Assembly (NCBI RefSeq): GCF_000372725.1
Contig: NW_005202368.1
Span: forward strand, 418,293-482,292
Length of the DNA stretch: 64,000 nucleotides
Reading direction: 5' to 3'
From: Emiliania huxleyi CCMP1516
Taxonomy: Eukaryota
Below the pieces are notes generated by a model that saw nothing but the letters and a program-made list of their open reading frames with translations, was not told the DNA's origin and did no database searches. Each line of letters starts with the position of its first letter. The first letter of the stretch is position 1. The position numbers and the translations under genes are program-made. Positions 12,001 through 22,042 of the stretch are shown piece after piece.

Positions 12001-12194
12001 ACCGCGTACCGCCCGCCCTCGAAGCTCCGCGCCTCGCCCCGCTGCCCGTTCAGCTCGGGGCGGGAGGAGAGCCCGCCGAGCACAATGCGCTGGCCAAGGA
12101 GCGGCGCGTCCACAGCTGCTGCTGCTGCGCCCAACGAAGCGCCGTCCGCCCCTGCCCGGCCCTCCGCAGCCACGGCTGTCCAAGGCGCCTCCAT
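9048..12194 (-). CDS. SH3-like + ankyrin repeats + coiled coil + IRAK/RLK-type protein kinase + C-terminal HEPN (DUF4145-like) domain protein, 1048 aa, no introns
   Basis: About 7-8 ANK repeats. Kinase motifs IGSGGFSRVY, LVVKR, HRDVKPDNILL, DTG, STGYLCP and DGYAIG, plus RLK-like LSDLTAATDGF and LTWQQRVRVA. C-terminus FEERINFW...LRSQLHSLRIWANAARH. Confidence 0.9.
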   Translation of the reverse strand: MEAPWTAVAAEGRAGADGASLGAAAAAVDAPLLGQRIVLGGLSSRPELNGQRGEARSFEGGRYAVALEGGGESVRVRPDNLSLAAERASSGAAAVFDDVVTAAERGEEAAVLAWLNGGGRADATYERGETSGLTLLMGAAGNGHERLAELLLQHGAEINLQSNEGFAALMSAASFGHERVVELLLQHGAEINLQSNEGFTALMIVAQEGHERVVDLLLKHGAEINQQDSKGWTALMTAARSGQKRVVDLLIRRGAEINTQNGNGFTALMHAASFGNEREVELLLKLRAELNLQNSDGCTALMLAAYFNHTAVVRRLLRAGANTAARTRPRGDTAAAGADTAARAENGKTALQLAKEEGCAECVHVIEEHAAAAEAEAEAAAREAVRAAAEATAARHAEALLAEEEAEKEERAKESKKGKKKKKKSGGGEADNAAPGPSATADLQPPTPPPAPSPPPANAAAIAAADEALQKAVAAGSYEGVASALEACSSLASPAVLAEARRVRDKLKEARRRDSQRLRKAHGAAMGALKSLDTADSPSALRAGIAAARPHVGALPALAEEVSAAESKLGELSVAAAPAAAEAAVARPVELALSDLTAATDGFAEGKLIGSGGFSRVYEASADLHLSLAAPPQLRHLPLVVKRAKSGQSGGLSRAELEVKLLKAVSHPHLLPLLGYCLSPDGVCLLSPLMRGGSLEARLRISDPDRAAQLRRLGMVEPPRPLTWQQRVRVACEATEALVYLHSKGIVHRDVKPDNILLDEKLTAVLADTGFAKDQRPDASVRCRSTALYMSTGYLCPSITKGGEYSSKTDGYAIGITLLVCLTSRSEVQLTDRCEDEFEEDWTDIDAVKLADVAAGWPVDAARAVKDLAQAGDGQKSLCHHSLRKRPTLPEALLTLRALLSGARGGAGVEEAAPAFGDEAAATAARTTGYEPSPLSVQVRGMRTGGDAQARIQDNMMLAFKTLMPRLDAVYASRSAAAPDSFEERINFWHRECGLPTELRSQLHSLRIWANAARHHDAARWRRDGPRSEGEASRLVAEVTEAIGALEG

Positions 12195-12574
12195 GGGAGA
12201 AGGCTCAGGTTAAACAAACTCTGCCTCGCCGGGCAGAGCAGACGGCAGAACAGACAGACGGCGTCGACCGACTCCCAACTCGAGAAGCTGTGAGCCGCTG
12301 TTTTCACATAAACGCACAACTCCGGACCCAAGACGCACAAGCACAGACAGTCGAGAAGGGGGAGAGACAGCAACGACAGTCAGAAGTCAGCGCTGGGTCC
12401 CAGGAAGGCGAATGCGATGACGGCCTCTAGTGTGAGCTCTAGCTGTTTTCACGGTGCTCAGACTGCCGGCAAAGTGTGTGTGTGTGTGACTGGTGTGTGT
12501 CGTCGTGGTTTTAGGTATATTGTTGGCACAAAAGTCGTGGTTTCGTATCAAGAATACTCACTCACTCACACTGC

Positions 12575-12944
12575 CGGCAAACCCCGGAAAGTGCGGCAAA
12601 AATAAGCGCCTGGGGGAGGACAAGGACGTCGACGTACAGCTGTTTTGTTCGAGTCGTTCGGTGGGTTCGGGAAGGGGGTCGGCGCGATCCTCTGGAAGGC
12701 GGCGAACGCGCTGCAGAACAAGCTGACGCGGGCCCAGTACCTCGATGAGGTGACTTGGACCACCAAGAGCTGGCTGGGGCTGCAGAAGCAGCGCATCTCA
12801 GTCGTTCTTCACACGGCCATCGCAGAGCAGATTGTGAATGAGCTTGCCTGTGGCGAGGGCGGTCGAGTGCACGGAGCTAAGTGCCTCGCCGTCCTCGCGG
12901 GAGTCGCTTAGGCGGCTCCCGTGGTGTACCTGTGTTAGTGCCAG
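12575..12944 (+). mobile_element. 3' remnant of a CRE/R2-type RLE retrotransposon; its 3' UTR resumes at 14620-14700
   Basis: DVQLF/LFESFGGFGKG...WLGLQKQRISVVLHTAIAEQI with a 1-nt frameshift near 12645. The UTR matches the uninterrupted reverse copy at about 21650-21745. Confidence 0.65.
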
Positions 12945-14619
12945 CACTGTGTGCTCTATCCGGCGGTATATTTTTGGGCTATCTCTCCTCAAAAACGATG
13001 TCAAGCGCCCGCTCGCAGCCAGCACGCGCCGCGCCCCTGGGCGCTCCCCGCTGCGGCGCGCCGCCCGCGCGCGGGCTGCCCGGGCGAGCGACCGCCACCG
13101 CTCGCCCCTCCGCGCCCTCTGCCCGCGCACGGCCGACGCGCAAGCCCGCGGTCGCGCGCGAGCCGTCGCTTTGCGGACGCCACCGTCTACCCGCGCTCGC
13201 TCGCGATCGAGTCAGACGACCCTATCTTCCGAGTAGCGGAGGTGTGCTTGCACCCCCTTCCCAAGGCACATGCACTTTGGAGGGAGAAAGTAACCGCGGC
13301 GGGGCCCGCAATCTCACATTAGGCACCTCACCCCCAGCAGGCGCGTTCTCGGCGTGCTGCTCCTGCACAGGTTTTGCGGCCGCCCCGAGAGGGGGAGCGG
13401 CCGCTCCTCCGCACCATCGGCCCACGGCATCCTGGGCGGCGTCGGCGCCGCCCCAACGGCCGGCTCGGGCGCTTCCCGCCCCGCCTCGGCTACACTTTGT
13501 CGCGGCGATCCAGCGGTGCGCCGCCGCACCGCGCGCCTCCCCCGAGCCTCTGTACAGCGCGATGAGCCGCCTCGGCTGCCGCCGTGGTTGCGCCGGCGCC
13601 CCTCCCGCACGGCGCGACGCGACCGCAGCCGCGTGCGTGGTCTCACTGACCTCTTCCGCCCGCGCGTCCGCCTCTCAGACCCGCGCCTCCCCTTTACCAG
13701 GCGCCACCACCGGCACGGCCGCCGCCGCCCGCGCGGCACCTCCCGCCCCCCCTGGCGATGCTGGCCGCTACCCCGCCGCCGTAGCTACCCTCCCCACCGC
13801 TGGTGCACCGCCTCCGCCGCCCCCCTCGGCGCTTCGCCCGCGATTTTGCCGCCTCCTCCTCCACCACCACCCGTCTAAGCTTCCGCCCGCCTTCTCGCCA
13901 CCGCCGTCCGCGCCACCTCAGCCGCCCTCCCCGGCGCTGCACCGGCGCAGCAGTGCCGTCGGCGCCGCCGCCCGTGCCGCCTCGGCCTCTGCGCCTCCAA
14001 CCTCGCCGCTTCCGCAGCGGTTCCGCCCTCGGCGCCTCCACCTCTCACCCGCCAGGTCGAACTTCCGCCGACGATGGTGCCACCGCTGCCGCCCCCCCCG
14101 CTCGAGCCTCGGCCGCCGCACCCCGCCGTCCGCGCCCCGCCGCCACCCCCTCCGTCACGGCACACGCCGGCACCACCGCGACTACCGCTGGCTCCGCCCT
14201 AGACGCCGCCGACCGCTCGCAAGAGCGGCGAGCCCGGGGCCGACACCCCTCTGTTAGGTGACGGTCGACGGCTCCTTTCGAGGCTTTGTGGCCCTTTAAG
14301 AGGGCACCAGCAGCTTGGGGGGTGCGCGCTGGATGGCCGGCGCGGTGGAGCAGCGGCGCGGAGCCGGGGGCTCGACGTGCGGCCGTCGGTGGCGCGACAC
14401 GCGGCCTCCGGTAGCGATTCGCCGCGGCTCCGGCGGTGTGATTTTTGTGCGTTTTCGAAGGCTGTGGGCGGGATAAGGCCGGCTAGACCGGCCCTGGTGT
14501 GCCCTAGTGTGTTCCCTTACACCCCTGGCCCGGGCGCAGTAGCGCGGTGCGCGTCCCGAGGGCGTAGGGGCTCAGAAAACAATTGATTGTTTTTTCAGCC
14601 CCACTTAGAGCACACAGTG
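12945..14619. mobile_element. Non-autonomous TIR element with CACTGTG...CACAGTG termini
   Basis: 14-bp perfect TIR: CACTGTGTGCTCTA (12945-12958) and TAGAGCACACAGTG (14606-14619). It splits a repeat whose intact form is present near 21680-21715 and 42068-42088. Confidence 0.75.
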
Positions 14620-14779
14620 GTGCGCGCCAGTCCCGTGCCCAGTGTCGTGCGAGGGAGTTTTGTTGTAAATTTCTTAGTTGTTTAAATTCTTAGTTGGAAT
14701 TCACGTGATGCGATGAGTGGCAAGGCCTTGCGTATATGACGCGGCCGCAATCGAAGCCGCCGACGCGGTGCTGTTACTG

Positions 14780-15245
14780 CGAGTGAGTGAGTGAGTATTC
14801 TTGATACGAAACCACGACGACACACACCAGTCGACTCGCATCGCTTCGGTTGCCTCCATGAACGGCGGAGCTATTCTCGCGCCCACACCACACCTGGCTC
14901 CAACGTGGACACGCCCATAGCTCTAGGTCTTGCATGGCATCAGAAGCTTTATCTCTGGGCCCCGAAAGGCATCTCTAGTAGCATCGTTACGCATGCCCCC
15001 TCCCCCCAGGGCGCATGCGCCTCACGTCTCGCCAGAGCATACGCCCTTGGTGTGCGACGAGACGAGTTTTTCGCCATGCAGCGAGCAGCAAGCCGCCCGC
15101 CGCAAACAGCCGGAGGCATCGCCACAGCGCTGTCTGCGCCGCGGTCCCGCACCCGTCGACGAAGCTCCCCCCGCGGAAGGCCGCGCGTGGCCACGCCTTG
15201 TCGATCGAGATGAGCGCGCCTGAAGCTCGCCCACCTACTGCCCCC
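14780..15245 (-). repeat. Dispersed repeat family A (diverged copy, (ACTC)n tail)
   Basis: Reverse complement of 37285-37757, 42780-43124 and part of 31082-31403; all full copies end ...GTCGTGGTTTCGTATCAAGAAT plus a simple repeat. Confidence 0.85.
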
Positions 15246-15261
15246 CCCCCACACACACACA

Positions 15262-15680
15262 CTGTGAGAAGCACCTCTCCGTCGTCGTCCTTGGCCACCC
15301 CCAACGGGGTGACCCGGACACGGAGGAGCAACTGGACCGCGTCAGCGGTGACGGCTGGGTGGCAGCGAAGGACGGCGATTACGCTGACGCCCTCGCCAAG
15401 GGTCACACGGTCATCCTCCTCGTGACCGAGTCGACCGGAGCATTCTCCGCCGACCTCGATCGCGTCCTCCGCCCGCTTGCGAGGACCGCACGCGCCAGTG
15501 GGTCCATTGACCACACGCCGTATGGCACCTCTCGCGCGTCCACCCGCTCGCACTACACCTTTCACTCCGCCGCCATCTCCGCCGCCATCGTCACCGCCGA
15601 CGCCCTCACCATTCAGAACTCGGCCGCCGCCCTCGGCTTCGAGCTCACCCTCGACCCTCGCGATCTCGCCCGGCGCTCGT
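15262..15680 (+). mobile_element. RLE C-terminal remnant of a CRE/R2-type retrotransposon
   Basis: CEKHLSVVVLGHPQRGD...GDGWVAAKDGDYADALAKGHTVILLVTESTGAF...ISAAIV. It starts roughly where the 31440 remnant (NTERALLDLVLG) ends. Confidence 0.65.
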
Positions 15681-17004
15681 CGGGTCGGCCGCCATCGCGG
15701 TCGGCGCCACCACCTCCTCCCGCCCCCCCCGCAGCCACTGCCGCGCGGCCGCCAATGCGACCGACCCCCCCCCCCCCGCTTCCCCGACCCCTCCCTAAAC
15801 GCCCCCGACAGCGAAGCCCACGCCGCGCGCGGCACCACCGACTCTACCTCCGACCCCAGGGCCTAGGCGGCCCGCCATGAGATCTAGCCGTGTGTGCTGG
15901 CGTCCGGGTCCCAGCGGGTTTTCACGTATGTGTGTCTCGCGCCTTGCGGGGGGGAGCGGAAAGGAGGAACCTCTTCCCAAGAGCACCACTCTTGGAGCGC
16001 CGCCACTACCACCCAGAGCGCTGCAAGCAGCGCCGGGCAATGGCGGCTTACCGCCCACCCAGCCCCCCCTTCGGCACACCCCGGCAGCCAATGTGTGACG
16101 GCTCGAACCCGCTAAGCCATCCCGCAAGCGGATGTATGTATGTAGACGGAATGGACAAGTCATGCCGCGGTCGGCTGAGCGCTGCATACACATGCAAGAG
16201 TGCCCCTGGATGGAGCAGTACCTCACCTCGCCGCTGCCCGAGGATCGTCACGCCCGAGATGTGGCCATCGCCAACGCCGCCGCCGCCCTCACCGCCGCCG
16301 AGCATACCCTCAAAACCACCGTCGACCGCGTCCGGGCCGGAGGCGGCACCGACAGCGACATCACAGCGGCCAGAGACGCCCTCGACGCCGCCTACCGAGC
16401 CGACGCGGCTGCTCGGCAACCAGTCAACTTCCCAGTCAACTATGGTATTCGAAGAATGGAACCCATCTCGTGTGCCACACAGTCACTTCGTGGCACACCC
16501 TGCGACCTGGGAAAATGCGTCAATCAAGTCGGACAAGCGTAACTTCTTCAACCTCACGGGACAGCCCCTGGACGGCTCGTACGCCTCCAGCGTGGGCATC
16601 CTCGTGCACGCCGCGTGGCCGGATCGGCACGCCTCCACGCGATCTCGACGTCAATGGGCGGGGCTACTGCGGCTGCGGCGCCTCTTTTTGACAAAGCTCG
16701 AGCGGAGCGGCGCGCCACGCGAGAGCCGCGACGGTCGATGCGCAACATGGTCGAGGCCTTCCGAGCCAGGCAACAACATCAACGGACAACGCGCGATCTA
16801 GCCCGGCCCTCACACTTACGGGGCTCTTTTAGCTCTTTCACGACCCTGACCGGCCCGTCGATCTACGATCTCTCTCGGCACCTGTGGCTGACCAGTGCGA
16901 GTTATTTCCCCTGTTCTCTATGTCGCTTGTCGGTTTTGTCTTACATCTCTCGAAGGAGCACGAAAGGGTACAGGGTTCTATCCCGTCACACGCACACTGT
17001 AGAT

Positions 17005-19466
17005 CTACACGAGCCACGGCGTGCACGTCCCGTTGTGCAGGGCCGGGGACTGCTGCGGCTCGTGCGGCGCGCACACGCCGCGGCTGTCCACGGCGCTCGC
17101 GTTGATCGCCTGCACGAGGGCGGTCAGCCGGCGCACGAGGCCGGGCTGGGAGGACGCGAGGTTGGTACTCTCCGTGGGGTCGCTCTCCAGGTCGAAGAGC
17201 ATCACCTGTGCGCAGACCATGGGAGGGCTCCTCGGTCCGACGGAGGCCGCGGCTGCACCCGCGTCCGAGGCGCGCACGGAGTCGACTGTCCACGGCCCTG
17301 CCGCCGTCGCGCTGTTGTTGTGGTCCGCGGGGCACGGCGGGCCTAGAACCATGCCTCCAGCGTATAGCGTGGGTTCATTCCCGTGGGTGGTGTGGTAGCG
17401 GTCGGCGGGGCACATCCTGTTCATGTGTTGAATTCACAATCATGAGGGCGGGAGGACGGTCTTTATGGGGAGATGCGGGGAGATATGGTGAGATGTTCCG
17501 CTTCTAGGATGGCCGGCCTGCGCACCAGATACGGGGAGATACGGGGAGATACGGGGCGATACGGGGCGATACGGGGAGATACGGGGAGAGATACGGGGAG
17601 GTATGGGGAGATATGAGGAGATGTGCTGCTTCTAGGACGGCCGGCCCGTGCACCAGAAGCCGTTGCCGATGCTGCGGTGCCGGTTGTCGTCCGCGCCTAG
17701 GGTTCGGGTACCGTGGTGGTAGGGGGATGGGTTCGGTACCGTGGTGCTGCGGTGGCGGTTGTCGTCCGCGCCCGGGTCGCCAAGGAGGAGCTTCCACCTC
17801 CCCTGCCGCAGGGCGTAGTACGGAGTCGCGTGCTGGTCGCCTAGGGTTCGGGTACCGTGGGGGTAGGGGGATGGGTTCGGTACCGTGGGTGTGGGGGGGG
17901 CGAGTCGCGTGCTGGTCGCCGGAGCAGACGAAGCCCGGCGGCCGGTTGCTGTACGGGCTAGCGAGCGGGTCCGCCTGTGGAGATGGTAGTCATACCCATA
18001 CTTCAAAGAGCCATCCACTCCTTTTGCTACGGGGAGATACGGGGAGATATCGCGCAGCACAGTCTGCCGTGCTCGAGATACGGGGAGATGTGGGGAGATA
18101 CGGGGAGATACCGGGAGATATCGCGCAGCACAGTCTGCCGTGCTCGAGATACGGGGAGATGTGGGGAGATACGGGGAGATACCGGGAGATATCGCGCAGC
18201 ACAGTCTGCCGTGCTCGAGATACGGGGAGATGTGGGGAGATACGGGGAGATACCGGGAGATATCGCGCAGCACAGTCTGCCGTGCTCGAGATACGGGGAG
18301 ATGTGGGGAGATACGGGGAGATACCGGGAGATATCGCGCAGCACAGTCTGCCGTGCTCGAGACACGGGGAGATGTGCGGAGATACGGGGAGATGTGGGGA
18401 GGTGTGGGGAGATGTGGGGCCTCGAGCAGCACAGTCTGCCGTGCGCCCGCCCCTCCGCGGGAGAGCATTGGCCACTGCGAGACGCCATCGAGCGCGGAGC
18501 CGGCCTGTTCACAGCAGGTGCGGTGTGAAGAGGCGCCGTGGTGTGAGGAGACGCCGCCGAGCGCGGAGCCGGCCGCAGCGAGCTCCCCCGCATCTCCTCC
18601 CATCGCGGCGATCAGCGTCGGCAGCACATCGACGGTGTGCACGATCCTAGAAGGTTCCTAGAAGGTTCCTAGAAGGCTCCTAGAAGGTTCCTAGCACATC
18701 AACGGTGTGCACGATCCCCGCCGCCGTCGCGCCGCGCTGGCTGCGCGCGATGCCAGCGCCTACCCGCGGCGCGAGAGAGCGGATGGCGCAGGGGGCCTGC
18801 CCGCCCACGTGCTCGGAGCGATGGCGGCGCCGGAGACGAAAGCGACGCCCCGCAGTCCCCCCTCCCACGCCGTGCACTTTCCGCCTCGCAGCGGCCAGTT
18901 CTGCCCCCCGGTCCACCCGCCGCACGCCGGCGTGGCGGCGCCGTTGTCCTACGTGCTGAATACGCCAACCTCAGGGCGTGAATACGGTATTGTGCAGTGT
19001 CTTCAGAGCACCGCGTGAAGACGAGGGAAGCGAATGCAGTGAATACAGCGGAATACGGCCGAGTACAGCTGAATACGTGCCTTCTCGAGCGCTGGTTGGG
19101 AGACATGAACACGTATGCTGGTTGGGGAGACATGCACGTGTTCCGCTTCTAGGGCCGTTGTCCGTCTGGAACCAGAGGAGCGTATCGTCGAGGATGCCTG
19201 GGGGAAGGTTCCGAGAAGGTTCCGAGAAGGTTCCGAGAAGGTTCGAGACGCTTCGTGGAGGATGCCTAGAAGGTTCCGTAGGTTCCTAGAAGGTTCCTAG
19301 AAGGTTCCTAGAGGGTTCCTGCGGTGAGGGAGAGGGAGAGGGAGGGAGGGAGGGAGGGAGAAGGAGGGAGGGAGGGGGGGGGGGGGGAGGGAGGGAGGGG
19401 TTTAGGGAGGGAGGGAGGGAGGGAGGGAGGGAGGGAGGGAGAGGGAGAGGGAGAGGGAGAGAGAGA

Positions 19467-19518
<52 letters not shown>

Positions 19519-21362
19519 TCGGCAAGGATGCCCTTGCGCCGCAGCGCGCGCGTCACGTTGCCAACGCCCTCGTCCAAGCAAGAGAGCATGCCCGCGAAGA
19601 GGTTCCGCGCCTATATTTCTTTTCCGCGCGCGATTTCTTTTTTCCAAGCAAGAGAGCATGCCCGCGAAGAGGTTCCGCGCCTATATTTCTTTTCCGCGCG
19701 CGATTTCTTTTTTCCAAGCAAGAGAGCATGCCCGCGAAGAGGTTCCGCGCGTTCGTCCCCTCCACCCTGGCAAACTTGTACGGTGCGACGTACTGCGCCG
19801 GCACCTAATTAATAATTAATTAATAATTAATTAAACTTGTACGGCGCGACGTACTGGGCCGGCACCTGCTCCACGTGCGGGGGAGCTCGCCCGAGCGACA
19901 GCCGAGAGGAGCCGAGAGGCAGCCGAGAGATGGCCGAGAGATGGCCGAGAGACAGCCGAGAGGCAGCCGAGAGGCAGCCGAGAGGCAGCCGAGAGGAGCC
20001 GAGAGGCAGCCGAGAGATGGCCGAGAGATGGCCGAGAGACAGCCGAGAGGGAGCCGAGAGGCAGCCGAGAGGCAGCCGAGAGGCAGCCGAGAGGCAGCCG
20101 AGAGGGAGCCGAGAGGAGCGGAGAGGAGCCGAGAGGCAGCCGAGAGGCAGCCGAGAGGAGCCGAGAGGCAGCCGAGAGGCAGCCGAGAGACAGCCGAGAG
20201 GCAGCCGAGAGGCAGCCGAGAGGCAGCCGAGAGGCAGCCGAGAGGAGCCGAGAGACAGCCGAGAGGGAGCCGAGAGGAGCCGAGAGACAGCCGAGAGGGA
20301 GCCGAGAGGCAGCCGAGAGGCAGCCGAGAGGCAGCCGAGAGGCAGCCGAGAGGCAGCCGAGAGGCAGCCGAGAGGCAGCCGAGAGGCAGCCGAGAGGCAG
20401 CCGAGAGGAGCGGAGAGGAGCGGAGAGGAGCCGAGAGCAGCCGAGAGGCAGCCGAGAGGAGCCGAGAGGAGCCGAGAGGAGCCGAGAGGAGCCGAGAGGA
20501 GCCGAGAGGAGCCGAGAGGCAGCCGAGAGGAGCCGAGAGGAGCCGAGAGGCAGCCGAGAGGCAGCCGAGAGGCAGCCGAGAGGCAGCCGAGAGGAGCCGA
20601 GAGGAGCCGAGAGGAGCGGAGAGGAGCGGAGAGGAGCCGAGAGGAGCCGAGGGGAGCCGGGGTGAGCCGAGGTGAGGTGAGGTGAGGTGAGTTCGGCGCC
20701 TGGTCGGGCACATGCACTGCTTGGTACGGGAGGTAGAGGAAGAGCGGCGCGGCCGCGTCGTGCTCGCGGATGATCGACACCGCGCGCCGAGTGAAGAGGT
20801 GCGTCGAGTACTCGCCGACCGCCTCCCAAGCGTGTCGCGAGCAGCCGGCGCCGCAGTCTGGTCGCGAATCATCGTGCAAGTCAAACCCTCCGCAGTCGCC
20901 CTGATGGGTGTAGTAGTCTTCGTCGCCAGAGTAGTAGCCGAGGTACGAGTCGAAGCCGCGGAACGTGGGCGTGTGCTCCCAGCGGTGGTACCCGAGGTGC
21001 CACTTCCCGACCGCGTGGCACTTGCTCCGCGCGTCGACTCGCTTGACAAACTGCGGCAGCAGCGTCTCATCCAGCGGGAGCGACCAGTTGTTTTGACTCG
21101 TGAGGACTCCCGACTGGAAGCCATAGCGGATGTTGTAGCGGCCGGTCAGCAGGGCGCCCCGCGTCGGGCTGCATGCGCGCTGCACGTAAAAGTGAGCCAG
21201 CTTGACGCCGGCTGACGCGAGCTTGTCAATGTTCGGAGTCGCGATCTGGCTTCCGGCGTAGCCAAGGTCCGCGTAGCCGAGGTCGTCTGCCACCACGAGG
21301 ACCAGGTGCTTCGCCGGCGGAGACGCGGCGGAGAGGGCGGGAGCGGCCGCAGTGATGAGCAT
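17005..21362 (-). CDS. Arylsulfatase B/I/J-like sulfatase (S1 family), about 12-13 introns
   Basis: [27 protein letters not shown] (formylglycine motif), [70 protein letters not shown]. Exons traced by hand: 21362-20700, 19804-19751, 19610-19532, 19197-19163, 18948-18831, 18759-18717, 18646-18574 and onward. Confidence 0.92.
18030..18420. repeat. Intronic tandem array of about 71-nt units, each an exon fragment (ARQTVL) plus GGGGAGATAC repeats
   Basis: About five near-identical units, each containing GCAGCACAGTCTGCCGTGC, which also occurs in the exon at about 18426-18445. Confidence 0.9.
19895..20690. repeat. Intronic 10-11 nt minisatellite (AGCCGAGAGGC/AGCCGAGAGG)n
   Basis: About 800 bp array inside the first sulfatase intron. 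Confidence 0.95.
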
Positions 21363-22042
21363 GAAAAAAGAAGAATTTTAACGCGCGAGAGGTAAGAGGC
21401 GGACGCCCAAGGGTGGGCGACGGCTAGCGCACCACACCCCTCTCCTCAAAATCCCTGTGTGGTGGCGGCGTGCCGTTCCATCCCTCCCTTGGGTTGTCTG
21501 TTTTCTTTCTTTCTTTCTTTAGGTGGATGCACGCGCCAGTTCGCACCTGTGTCGAGCCTGTCTGCTGTGAGAGAGAGTTCTTTTGTTTAAATTCTTTAGG
21601 TGGATATCCTTTGGCCGCGTTTTAGGTATATTGTTGGCAACGCGTTGGGTTTACAACAAAGCTCCCTCGCACAACACTGGGCACGGGACTGGCTCGCACT
21701 GGCACTAACACAGGTACACCACGGGAGCCGCCTAAGCGACTCCTGCGAGAGTGGCGAAAAAGAAGAAGTACGCTAGCTAAAAAAATGTATGCTTTTTGCC
21801 ATCCGGCTTTCAATCCCAAACTGTCACTCCCCTCTCTAAGGTAAGGTCAGGTAAGGTAAACGTCTCGCCTGCTCGCCAGTCGCCACGGGTGACGAACCGG
21901 CTTGATGGATGAGAGTGGGAGACCGGCCCTATAGTGCCTGTGTTTGGATGTGCGCCCGCGCGCTGTCGCTCTTCATTAACTTTGGTGCACGAGAAAATGC
22001 GATGTGGCAATCGTGGAGCTGGCCTGCGGTTTTATTCGTTAT

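Noticed and set aside
18030..18420. Regularly spaced repeats (also 45630-45785 and 19611-19750) as CRISPR arrays
   Set aside because: The spacers are identical or nearly so, no cas genes are present, and the context is eukaryotic.
19820..20830. Long ORFs through the minisatellite ([21 protein letters not shown])
   Set aside because: They arise from stop-free 10-11 nt repeats inside an intron.
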